Shown: positions 10,224 to 20,000 of the stretch, one piece after another
How the letters are laid out: every line of letters starts with the position of its first letter
Position numbering within the stretch: the first letter of the stretch is position 1
Assembly (NCBI GenBank): GCA_902523065.1
Contig: CABYXZ010000007.1
Span: forward strand, 6,802 to 70,801
Source of the DNA: an uncultured Marinoscillum sp.
GTDB lineage: Bacteria; Bacteroidota; Bacteroidia; Cytophagales; MED-G16
DNA length: 64,000 nt
Reading direction: 5' to 3'
Translations under genes and position numbers: made by a program
Notes under the pieces: model-generated
The model's input: the letters and a program-made list of their open reading frames with translations, nothing else
Database searches by the model: none
Told to the model about the DNA's origin: nothing

Positions 10224-12055
10224 TGTGTGGGATAGTAGCTTTTAAAGGCGATCAAAATAAAACATCAAAAGTTATATTTGATGGATTAAAACTTCTAGAG
10301 TACAGGGGATATGATAGCTGTGGTATCGGGGTCATAGATGAAAATAAGATAAAAGCTTTCAAGTGGAAAGGCAGAGTTAGAAAGACTGAGAAAAGATTTA
10401 ACGAAACTAAGATTAAATCATCTATTGCTGTAGGTCATACCAGATGGGCTACGCACGGTGAGCCTAATGATATTAATGCTCATCCTATTATATCATTTCA
10501 TAAAGAATTTGCAGTTGTGCATAATGGAATTATTGAAAACTATAAAGAATTAAAAAAAGTTTTATCAGAGAAAGGATACAAATTCTACACGGAAACAGAT
10601 ACAGAAATTCTTGTAAATTTTATTGAACTGTGTGTGTCTAATTCAAATAATATTGATAAAGGAATATCCTACGCTCTAAGTCGGCTCGAAGGTGCATTCG
10701 GAATTGTTTTAATTAAAAAGTCTGACCCCGAAATAATGTATGCAGCTAGGAAAGGAAGTCCTTTAGCATTCGGTAAAAAAGGAAAAAACTTTTTTATTGC
10801 TTCCGATGCAACACCAATAATCGAATACACAAAAAAAATAATATACCTAGATAATGGTCAACTTCTAAAAATTAATAAAAATGAATTTGAAGTATTAGAC
10901 TTCGAATTGAATAAAGTACCCAAAAAATTTAAAAAAGTTGATGTTGAGTTGCAAAAAGTAGAATTGGGAAATTATGAGACCTACATGCTTAAAGAAATTA
11001 TGAAACAACCTGATTCACTTAGCCAGACTATGTTAGGAAGAATAAAAGATGATAAAATAACATTAGGTGGGATTCAATCATATACCAAACCTCTTTTAAA
11101 TACGAAAAGAATAATAATAATTGGATGTGGTACGTCCTGGCATGCAGGTCTTGTGGCTGAATACTTTTTCGAAAAATATCTTAAAGTACCTGTTGAAGTA
11201 GAATATGCATCTGAGTTCAGATATAGATTTCCAATAATTAATGAAGGCGATGTGGTATTTGTAATATCACAATCAGGTGAGACGGCAGATACCCTTGAGG
11301 CGACAAGAATTGCAAAAAAGAAGGGTGCAGTTGTTCTTGGTATTGTTAATGCAGTAGGTTCTTCAATAGCTAGACTTACCGACGAGGGGTGTTACCTTCA
11401 CGCTGGACCAGAAATTGGAGTTGCTAGTACGAAGGCTTTCACTTCACAGCTTATGGTCCTACTAATGATTGGAGTAAAGGCAGCATTTCTGAAAAAAAAT
11501 ATCAGTGAAAAAAAATACCATAAAATGATTTCGGAACTAAAAAGAATTCCAAATAAAATTAAGGAAGTACTTAAGTCAGAAAAAGAAATAAAAAAAATAT
11601 CTAAGAAGATATTCAAAAAGAATCATTCTCTTTTCCTAGGAAGAGGAAATAACTTTCCAGTAGCTCTTGAGGGAGCACTTAAACTTAAAGAAATTTCATA
11701 TATCCACGCAGAAGGATATCCGGCTGCCGAAATGAAACATGGACCAATAGCACTCATAGACAAAGAGATGCCAGTTATTGTAATTTGTACAAAAAGTGAT
11801 GAGTACGATAAAATGATTAGTAATATCCGAGAGGTTGGATCTAGAAATGCGATAGTAATTGGTGTAATTGATAAGGAAAATGAGCACGTGAAAGACTACC
11901 TAGACTTTTCTATTATTGTACCTTCTACCTCAAAAGATTTCACCCCCATAATAAACCAAATTCCTCTCCAACTTTTAGCTTATCACTGTGCTGTGCTAAG
12001 GGGTTGTGATGTGGATAAGCCAAGAAACCTAGCAAAATCTGTTACAGTGGAGTAA
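10223..12055 (+). CDS. glmS: Glutamine--fructose-6-phosphate aminotransferase (isomerising)
   Basis: 610 aa. N-terminal MCGIV (Ntn amidotransferase Cys2), two SIS domains, and the C-terminal KPRNLAKSVTVE that is diagnostic of GlmS. Confidence 0.95.
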   Translation: MCGIVAFKGDQNKTSKVIFDGLKLLEYRGYDSCGIGVIDENKIKAFKWKGRVRKTEKRFNETKIKSSIAVGHTRWATHGEPNDINAHPIISFHKEFAVVHNGIIENYKELKKVLSEKGYKFYTETDTEILVNFIELCVSNSNNIDKGISYALSRLEGAFGIVLIKKSDPEIMYAARKGSPLAFGKKGKNFFIASDATPIIEYTKKIIYLDNGQLLKINKNEFEVLDFELNKVPKKFKKVDVELQKVELGNYETYMLKEIMKQPDSLSQTMLGRIKDDKITLGGIQSYTKPLLNTKRIIIIGCGTSWHAGLVAEYFFEKYLKVPVEVEYASEFRYRFPIINEGDVVFVISQSGETADTLEATRIAKKKGAVVLGIVNAVGSSIARLTDEGCYLHAGPEIGVASTKAFTSQLMVLLMIGVKAAFLKKNISEKKYHKMISELKRIPNKIKEVLKSEKEIKKISKKIFKKNHSLFLGRGNNFPVALEGALKLKEISYIHAEGYPAAEMKHGPIALIDKEMPVIVICTKSDEYDKMISNIREVGSRNAIVIGVIDKENEHVKDYLDFSIIVPSTSKDFTPIINQIPLQLLAYHCAVLRGCDVDKPRNLAKSVTVE

Positions 12056-12077
12056 TGAAAGGTGATTTTTTTGACGA

Positions 12078-12689
12078 ATGTTTTACATAATTTTCCTCTT
12101 TTTATTAATATTTATTGGGGGCTACATTACTAGAAGGAAGAAATTCAATAAAGAACAAGTTATTTTAGAAAATATGGGGTTTGATAGGTCAAAAAAAATT
12201 TTACATATGTTACGTCTACCTTCTAGAAGTATGTGGGATTTTGTAATTAATAGTAATCCAATAACCTCGAAAAAATATCCACATATGCTTATTTACCTAA
12301 GAATTAAATCTGAAGGAGAATTTGCTTTGGAAACAAGAGTATTTAAACTTAAAAGTAAAATAAACAAAAAGTTCCCAAAATTCTATCTTAGAAAGGAGAG
12401 CATTTTCGATAAACTTACAAGTGATATAGACTATAGAAATAATCCTGAGTTTTCTAAAAAATTTTTTTTAAAATCCTTAGGAAAGGAAGAAAATAAATTA
12501 GCTGTTGAAAAACTATTTAAAAACTTTTCTTTGCAAAAAAAATTAATTTCAAATCCATTAAATATTGAAAGTAATGGTGATGAAATGTTTTATTATTGGG
12601 ATGGAGTAAAGTTCCCGATTGAAGAAATTCCACAAAGAATTTCTGAAGTTGAATATCTTCATGATAATTATTTTGATGTTATAGTTTAA
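12078..12689 (+). CDS. Hypothetical membrane-anchored protein
   Basis: 203 aa with a single N-terminal TM helix (MFYIIFLFLLIFIGGYI). I recognise no other motif. Confidence 0.4.
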   Translation: MFYIIFLFLLIFIGGYITRRKKFNKEQVILENMGFDRSKKILHMLRLPSRSMWDFVINSNPITSKKYPHMLIYLRIKSEGEFALETRVFKLKSKINKKFPKFYLRKESIFDKLTSDIDYRNNPEFSKKFFLKSLGKEENKLAVEKLFKNFSLQKKLISNPLNIESNGDEMFYYWDGVKFPIEEIPQRISEVEYLHDNYFDVIV

Positions 12690-12704
12690 ACTGTTTCTTG
12701 ATTA

Positions 12705-13130
12705 CTAGTTTAAATATTTTTTCATTATTACATTATTAACCTTGAAGCCATTCCTCTCATAAAATTTAATAAGTTTTTTTTCACAAAATAATGTTATTCG
12801 ATAACAACCCAAATTTTTACCAATTTCTACTAACTCTTTAACCAATTTTACACCCAACATCTTTCCTCTTACGCCAGTGTCAACGACTATATCTTCTATA
12901 TGACCTGCTACCTCTCCCCTTATCTTATTTTCAACTACTATACTTCCGTATGCAACTATTTTCTTATTATAGACACCCACTATAGAATTTGAACCTGTAT
13001 TGGAAATAAAATTTGACCAAGCCTCTTTGTAATCAATTTTATTAAGGTCTATTTTTTTTAATTGATTTAACAAAGATGAGACTTCCTCCATATCTGTTTC
13101 CTCAACATTTCTAAAAGATATTTCACTCAT
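12705..13130 (-). CDS. GNAT acetyltransferase resembling eukaryote-type glucosamine-6-phosphate N-acetyltransferase (GNA1)
   Basis: 141 aa. The segment AGHIEDIVVDTGVRGKMLGVKLVKELVEIGKNLGCYRITLFCEKKLIKFYERNGF aligns by eye with the yeast GNA1 core GHIEDIAV...GQGLGKLLIDQLV..GCYKIILDC.EKNVKFYEKCGF. Confidence 0.65.
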   Translation of the reverse strand: MSEISFRNVEETDMEEVSSLLNQLKKIDLNKIDYKEAWSNFISNTGSNSIVGVYNKKIVAYGSIVVENKIRGEVAGHIEDIVVDTGVRGKMLGVKLVKELVEIGKNLGCYRITLFCEKKLIKFYERNGFKVNNVIMKKYLN

Positions 13131-13726
13131 TTCTTTTTATTTTTTTTTATTCCTAATTGTATAAGTGAATACTTAAGAGAAACTTGAATTACAGTATTTT
13201 TTGAATCAATATTTGATACATTTATATCCGTTATATTTTTAAGACCCTTAACATACCTAACAGTCAAACCAAACTTGGCAGGCAACCTTAAACCAATACC
13301 TACAATAAGACTAAAATCTCTATCAAGAAATTGGGATTTAATAGAGTTTTTTAATTCATCAAGGGCATTAGTCATTATGCCAAATTGAGGACCGAAATGT
13401 AAATTTAATGGACCGAAATCATTTCTTATCAAAACAGGAATGTTGATATAGCCTAAATTGTTTTTATTTATCAACTGATTAATTTGAAACTCACTTCCTA
13501 ATTTAGAATATTGACCCTCTACTTGTATTCCAAATATTATCGGTAATTTGAGATACATAAAGCCACCAAGATGGTATCCAGTTATTGACTCGACATTTGT
13601 AATAGTAGAAATTTTCTGTGTGGCAAAATTAGGTCCAGCTTTTAGTCCAAGCTCAAACTTTTGAGAGTAAGATGAAAAAATTAATAATACAGATAATGAA
13701 TAAAAACAAATAATTTTTTTTATCAT
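13127..13726 (-). CDS. Outer-membrane beta-barrel (porin-family) protein
   Basis: The likely start is MIKKIICFYSLSVLLIFSSYSQ at 13726, whereas the track start at 13798 would overlap the divergent gene. It has alternating beta-strand patterning and a C-terminal aromatic-rich strand, and it overlaps the downstream GNAT gene by 4 nt. Confidence 0.55.
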   Translation of the reverse strand: MIKKIICFYSLSVLLIFSSYSQKFELGLKAGPNFATQKISTITNVESITGYHLGGFMYLKLPIIFGIQVEGQYSKLGSEFQINQLINKNNLGYINIPVLIRNDFGPLNLHFGPQFGIMTNALDELKNSIKSQFLDRDFSLIVGIGLRLPAKFGLTVRYVKGLKNITDINVSNIDSKNTVIQVSLKYSLIQLGIKKNKKK

Positions 13727-13758
13727 AACAGTAATTTGTAAGTAAAAATAACAATAAT

Positions 13759-14349
13759 ATGAAGAATCCTCTAGTATCACCTTTGAAGGAAGAGTCACAG
13801 GAACTCAAAAAACTAATTAAATTTTATGATGAAACGCTCGGTTTCTGTCCAAACAGTGTAAAAACAATGTTTATAAGACCTGGAATTGCTTATGCTTTTA
13901 TTAATCTTAACAAGGCAGTTATGGAAAATAAAGGAAGATTATCAAGTAAGATGAAAAGACTCATTGGATATATTGCAAGTACCGTTAGCGGTTGTAATTA
14001 TTGCCGTGCTCATACTATTAGAGCTGCTGAAAGGTATGGTGCAAACCAATATCAACTAAAAGATATATGGGATTTCAGAACTAGTAAAAGTTTTAAGCAG
14101 AAAGAGAAGATTGCGTTTGAGTTTACTATAGCTGCATCTAGTATTCCTAATCAGGTTGACGATACAATATCGGGTGAATTAAGAAAATTTTGGGACGATG
14201 GAGAAATAGTGGAAATCTTAGGAGTGATATCATTATTTGGTTTTTTAAATAGATGGAACGACTCTATGGGTACAAGAATAGAAGAAGATGCGAATAAGTC
14301 AGGTAAAAAATTTATAGATGATTGGAATCCAATAAAACATAGTAGTTAA
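13759..14349 (+). CDS. Carboxymuconolactone decarboxylase / AhpD-like peroxidase-related protein
   Basis: 196 aa. The CxxC-containing motif SGCNYCRAHT is typical of the AhpD-like CMD family. Confidence 0.65.
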   Translation: MKNPLVSPLKEESQELKKLIKFYDETLGFCPNSVKTMFIRPGIAYAFINLNKAVMENKGRLSSKMKRLIGYIASTVSGCNYCRAHTIRAAERYGANQYQLKDIWDFRTSKSFKQKEKIAFEFTIAASSIPNQVDDTISGELRKFWDDGEIVEILGVISLFGFLNRWNDSMGTRIEEDANKSGKKFIDDWNPIKHSS

Positions 14350-14386
14350 GGCAGAGAAAATCTCTCTACCCTAACATTTTTTTTAA

Positions 14387-15622
14387 TTACTCACTTATGT
14401 CAAATCCCTTCTCGCCGTGGTATGCCATATCCATACCTTCTGATTCAACTTCTTCTGAAACTCTACCCGAACCAAAAAATATCGATATTACTTTATATAT
14501 AACAAATGTTGCTACTGCAGAATAAGCTGAAACAACTAGGACCGCTTTCAATTGAATAAGTACTTGTTCAGGATTGCCGTAAAGTAAACCAGTACCAGCT
14601 TCATTTATATTCGGGTTTGCGAAGACTCCAGTCATAATAGCTCCAAAAGCACCAGCTAAACCATGTATCCCAAAAACGTCAAGAGTATCATCATACCCTA
14701 ACCACTTCTTTAGCTTCACTACTCCAAGATAACCTACTATTCCAGATCCAAAACCAATAACTAAAGCCCCAGACACATCAACAAATCCAGCTGCAGGAGT
14801 GATTCCAACTAATCCAGAAATAACACCCGACGCACTACCAATCAAGGTTGGTTTTGAGTTTGTCGAGAACCATTCTATAAAAAGCCAGCCTAAGCCACCA
14901 CATGCCGCTGCTACATTAGTAACAAGAAGTGCATTTGCAGCGATTCCGTCAGCTGCAAGTTGGCTACCCCCATTAAATCCAAACCATCCAAACCATAAGA
15001 GTGCAGATCCTAAAATCATTAACTTAACAGATGCAGGTCTTACAGAAGTATTTTTAAATCCTGATCTGTTACCAAGTAAATAGACAAGAACTAGTCCTGA
15101 AATTCCAGCATTCACATGGATGACTGTACCACCAGCAAAATCCAATTCACCCATTTCATAAAGGAATCCCTCACCCCATACCCAGTGAGTGATTGGAGAG
15201 TAAACAAGAATTACCCACAATATTGAAAATAGAAACCAGGTTGAATATCTAACCCTCTCTATAATTGATCCACTTACAAGTGCTACAGCTATTGCTGCAA
15301 AGGTTCCTTGAAAAAATACAAACAAAAGAGTAGGTATCGTGCCAGAAACATCATTTACTCCTATACCATTCAAAAGAAAATGATCCAGATAACCAAAATA
15401 CTGATTGCCATCAGAGAAAGCAATTGAATAACCGATTACAACCCAAACAACCGAGGCTGTGCAGAAAGCAGTATAACTCATACCGATTGTGTTTAAAACA
15501 CTTTTTCTTTGAGTCAGACCGCCATAAAATAAGGTAAGACCTGCCGGAGTCATTAGCATCACAAGTGCTGACGAGATTAACATCCACGCGGTATCACCAG
15601 AATTAATTGATAGTAAATACAT
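14387..15622 (-). CDS. amt: Ammonium transporter
   Basis: 411 aa and about 11 TM helices. Amt signatures DFAGGTVIHVNAG and LDVFGIHGLAGAFGAI. Confidence 0.92.
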   Translation of the reverse strand: MYLLSINSGDTAWMLISSALVMLMTPAGLTLFYGGLTQRKSVLNTIGMSYTAFCTASVVWVVIGYSIAFSDGNQYFGYLDHFLLNGIGVNDVSGTIPTLLFVFFQGTFAAIAVALVSGSIIERVRYSTWFLFSILWVILVYSPITHWVWGEGFLYEMGELDFAGGTVIHVNAGISGLVLVYLLGNRSGFKNTSVRPASVKLMILGSALLWFGWFGFNGGSQLAADGIAANALLVTNVAAACGGLGWLFIEWFSTNSKPTLIGSASGVISGLVGITPAAGFVDVSGALVIGFGSGIVGYLGVVKLKKWLGYDDTLDVFGIHGLAGAFGAIMTGVFANPNINEAGTGLLYGNPEQVLIQLKAVLVVSAYSAVATFVIYKVISIFFGSGRVSEEVESEGMDMAYHGEKGFDISE

Positions 15623-15648
15623 AATAAAGGTTTAATTAAAATAATATT

Positions 15649-17070
15649 TTAATCATTTTGTGTTAATTGTTTTTTCTTTAAAAATTTATGTACGGAATGA
15701 GCACAGTCTCTACCCTCTTTTATAGCCCAGACAACAAGTGACTGACCCCTTCTGGAATCTCCACAAGAAAAGAATTTTTTTCTTGAGGTTAAATAGTTTT
15801 TTTCATTTGCTCGGATAGTTCCATCAGATGATGTCTCGATAGAGTATTGATCATCGAAAAATAGATTTGGTTTTTCATATCCAATTGCAATAAGTAATAA
15901 ATCGCATGGAATTAACTTCTCAGAATTTTTTAGTGGATAAAAACTTTTTTTATCCTTATCCCAAGATATATCAACCGTTTTAACAAATTCAATATTATCG
16001 TTACCAACAAATTCTTTAGCCATAACTCCCCACTTCCTATCACATCCTTCTTCATGAGATGATGATGTTTTAAAGGTACTTGCAAAAAGTGGCCACATCA
16101 TTGAATCGTCTCTCTCCAGCGGTGGTCTAGGTAGAAGTTCAAGCTGTAAAACCGATTTTGCTCCTTGCCTATTACTTGTTCCTATACAATCTGAACCAGT
16201 ATCACCACCTCCTAATACCACAACATTTTTATCCTTTGCACTAATGTCAATGTCCGTTTTTATTTTAGAATTGATTTTATTTTGCATTGTGAGAAAATCC
16301 ATTGCAAAGTGTATTCCTGATAAATTTCTCCCTTCTAAAACTATATCTTTTGGAACTGTTGATCCTACGCATAAAACAATTGCATCATATTCAGAGTCAA
16401 GTCTTTCAATAGATATATTTTCCCCAATACACATTTTTGTAAGAAAGTTTATACCCTCTTCCTCTAAAATTTTGACTCTTCTATCGATTATTTTCTTCTC
16501 TAACTTAAAATCAGGAATCCCAAACCTTAATAAACCACCTATTTTCTCATCTTTCTCATAAACGGTAACCTGGTACCCATTTTTATTTAACTGATCTGCA
16601 CATGCTAAACCAGCTGGTCCTGATCCAACGACTGCAATTTTTTTATTAGATAATTTCTTTTTCTTTGTTGGCTTCACATATCCCTTTAAAAAGGCTTTTT
16701 CAATAACTTGTTTTTCAATGTTTTCAATACTAACAGGATCTTGGTTTATACCCAAGACGCATGAATGCTCACAAGGTGCTGGACAGATTCTGCCAGTAAA
16801 TTCAGGAAAGTTATTTGTAGAGACTAAAATTTCATACGCTTCTCTCCAATTATTATCTGAAACTGCAGAATTAAACTCCGGTATCATATTTCCTAGTGGG
16901 CAGGATGAGTGACAGAAAGGCGTACCGCAATCCATGCATCTGTCTGACTGATTTCTTAGATCGTTATCAGATAATAAAGATTGAAATTCACTATGGTTCT
17001 TTAACCTTTTATCAACCTTAGTAAGTGATGGATTTTTTTTCTTGTATTTAATGAAGCCAGGTTTAACCAT
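15649..17070 (-). CDS. gltD: Glutamate synthase (NADPH) small subunit
   Basis: 473 aa. Fe-S cysteine clusters (CMDCGTPFCH; CPAPCEHSC), the dinucleotide-binding motif VVGSGPAGLACA, and an 8-nt overlap with gltB. Confidence 0.92.
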   Translation of the reverse strand: MVKPGFIKYKKKNPSLTKVDKRLKNHSEFQSLLSDNDLRNQSDRCMDCGTPFCHSSCPLGNMIPEFNSAVSDNNWREAYEILVSTNNFPEFTGRICPAPCEHSCVLGINQDPVSIENIEKQVIEKAFLKGYVKPTKKKKLSNKKIAVVGSGPAGLACADQLNKNGYQVTVYEKDEKIGGLLRFGIPDFKLEKKIIDRRVKILEEEGINFLTKMCIGENISIERLDSEYDAIVLCVGSTVPKDIVLEGRNLSGIHFAMDFLTMQNKINSKIKTDIDISAKDKNVVVLGGGDTGSDCIGTSNRQGAKSVLQLELLPRPPLERDDSMMWPLFASTFKTSSSHEEGCDRKWGVMAKEFVGNDNIEFVKTVDISWDKDKKSFYPLKNSEKLIPCDLLLIAIGYEKPNLFFDDQYSIETSSDGTIRANEKNYLTSRKKFFSCGDSRRGQSLVVWAIKEGRDCAHSVHKFLKKKQLTQND

Positions 17071-20000
17071 TTACGTTAATTTTATTTTTTTCGTGAATCC
17101 TCCTCAACTCTTTAGGATATACCTTAGTAAAATTATTTTTTTGGTTTTGAATATCGTCAAGTATAAATGAGGCTAAATGACTATCGGTATATTTCCTGTG
17201 TGAAAGAAGAAGTGCTTTTATTTTTTTAATATCCTCTTCATTAGTATTTACCAGATCAATAGATGATTTATTAAAATTATTTAAATTTTTATTTCCATAA
17301 ATATATGCTATACCTCCGCTCATACCAGCTCCAAAGTTTTTACCAATATTTCCAAGTATAAGAGCAACCCCTCCAGTCATGTACTCGCAAGCGTTATCAC
17401 CAACACCTTCAACTACAACATCTACACCAGAATTTCTAACACAAAACCTTTCACCGGCTTTTCCATTTATGAAGCAACTACCAGAGGTTGCACCGTAAAG
17501 TGCAACATTTCCAATAATCATATTCTCATTAGCGAGGAATCTAGATTCTTTGGGAGGTCTGATAATTAATTTAGCACCAGAAAGCCCCTTTCCAAAATAA
17601 TCATTAGAGTCACCTTCAATTTTTAATGTCAATCCTTTACTTCCAAAAGCACCAAAACTTTGACCTGCGGATCCAATAAAATTAATATTTATAGAGTCTT
17701 CACTAATTGCTTCTGAACCAAATTTTCTAGATATTTCACTAGATATTATTGTACCTACCGCTCTGTCTGTACTTTTTATGTGAGTAGAGACATTAGATCT
17801 AACAGATGGATTATCTAAAGTATCTTTTATTTTCTCAAGAAGAACGTAATCTAATTGATCTGAGAGAAAACCTTTCTGATGAGATGAATTATAATAATTT
17901 TTAGGTTTATCTAAATGAGAGAAAAGTATTGGGTTAAGGTCTAAATTTTTTGTCTTCCAGTGCTGATTGTTTCTTTGCTTTAGAAGTTTTGTGTTTCCAA
18001 TAAGATTGTCAACCTTTCTCACTCCTAAACTTGCCATAATTTCTCTTAATTCTTCAGTTAAGAAATGAATCAAGTTAACCATGTGATCAACTTCCCCATT
18101 AAACCTTTTTCTTAGAGTTTTATCTTGTGTTGCAATACCAACAGGACATGTATTCAGGTGACATTTTCTCATCATTATACAACCTTGAGATATTAGAGCA
18201 GCAGTTGATATCCCCCACTCATCTGCTCCAAGAATTGAGGCTATTGCAAGATCTCTTCCGGTTTTTATCTGTCCGTCAACCTGCAGTTTTACTCTAGACC
18301 TTAATCCATTTTTCATAAGTGTTTGTTGGGTCTCTGACAGGCCTAACTCCCAAGGGAGCCCAGCATGCTGTATGGAAGATATGGGAGAGGCGCCTGTTCC
18401 ACCATCATACCCAGATATCAAAATTTTATCAGATTTGGCCTTTGCTACCCCTGCAGCTATAGTACCAACGCCAGCTTTAGAAACAAGTTTTACACTTATA
18501 TCTGCATCCCTATTCGCATTTTTTAGATCAAAAATTAATTGCGAAAGATCCTCAATAGAATATATATCGTGATGAGGTGGAGGTGAAATCAATCCTACAC
18601 CAGGTGTAGAATTTCGTACCCTAGCTATCCAGTCATCAACCTTATGACCTGGTAACTGACCGCCCTCACCTGGCTTTGCTCCTTGTGCCATTTTGATTTG
18701 AATTTCTTTTGCATTATTTAGATAATTTATAGTGACACCAAATCTACCAGATGCAATTTGTTTTATGGCTGAACTTAAATTATCTCCATTTTCTTTGATT
18801 TTGAATCTTACCTCATCCTCACCGCCTTCACCAGAGTTACTTCTCCCTCCAAGTCTGTTCATGGCAATTGCTAAGTTAGTATGGGCCTCATGAGAAATTG
18901 ATCCAAAAGACATAGCCCCAGTTGCAAACCTCTTGTATATATTTTTTGACGACTCTACTTCAGACAGTGGAATAGAATCATTGATAAAGTTAAAATCAAA
19001 ATTGCTTCTGATTGATGTTTTATTGAGGTGATTGACCTTTGATGAATATTTTTTGAATAGACTAAAATCATTTTTTATAGTACTGTGTTGAAGAAGAGAA
19101 ATTGTCTCGGGGTTAAAGGCATGCTTCTCACCTTCTTTCTTCCAGCTTAGTAGACCTCCAACATCTAGATCAGATTGTTCGTGGTTGTATGCATGAAAAT
19201 GCTTTTTATTATTTTCTCTCTCAATGTCATTAATACCAAGACCTTGAATTCTTGAAGTGGTAGATGTAAAATATTGATCGACAGTATTTCTATTTATACC
19301 AATAATCTCAAATAATTGAGATCCTTGGTATGATTTAAGAGTGGATATACCAATTTTAGAAAAAACTTTGAGTAGTCCTTTTTCTATAGAGTTAATGTAA
19401 TTATTCTTTAAAGTTTTTAATTTTTTTATATCAGATGAAGAATTAGATTCGCGTAATTTTCTAATTGTGGCAAAAGCCATATATGGATTTATTGCATTAG
19501 CTCCAAAAGACAGAAGTGTAGCATAATGATGAACCTCCCATGCATCTCCAGACTCAACAATTAATCCAACTTTTCCTCTTTTACCAGATCTTATTAAATG
19601 ATTATGAATGCAAGAACATGATAATAGACTAGGAATTGGTGCATGGGATGAATCTAAAAAACGATCACTGATAATAATAAATTCATAACCATCATCAATA
19701 GCATCATCAACATACCTGCATAATCTATTCAAAGCCTTCTTAAGGTTTCCTCCTTTTTTGTCAACCTTATAATAAGCATTAATTGTCTTTGACTGTAAAT
19801 TAAAAATATCAATAGATCTAATTTTCTCTAGAGTTTCGTCATTTAAGATTGGTGACTCCAGCATGATGTTTCTGCAGTCCGTATCCTTCTGAGATAGTAA
19901 ATTAGAAACATTTCCTAAATGGGTAATCAATGACATAACATCTTTTTCTCTTATAGGATCTATGGGAGGATTAGTGACTTGAGCAAATAGCTGCTTAAAA

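Noticed and set aside
10100-10230. glmS ribozyme/riboswitch upstream of glmS
   Set aside because: The glmS start codon overlaps the GH20 stop codon. The upstream sequence is therefore coding and no leader exists.
14350-14386. Short AGAGA/TCTCT hairpin between the convergent AhpD-like and amt genes, considered as a bidirectional terminator
   Set aside because: The stem has only about 5-6 bp and is AT-rich, and the T-run is separated from it. This is too weak to call.
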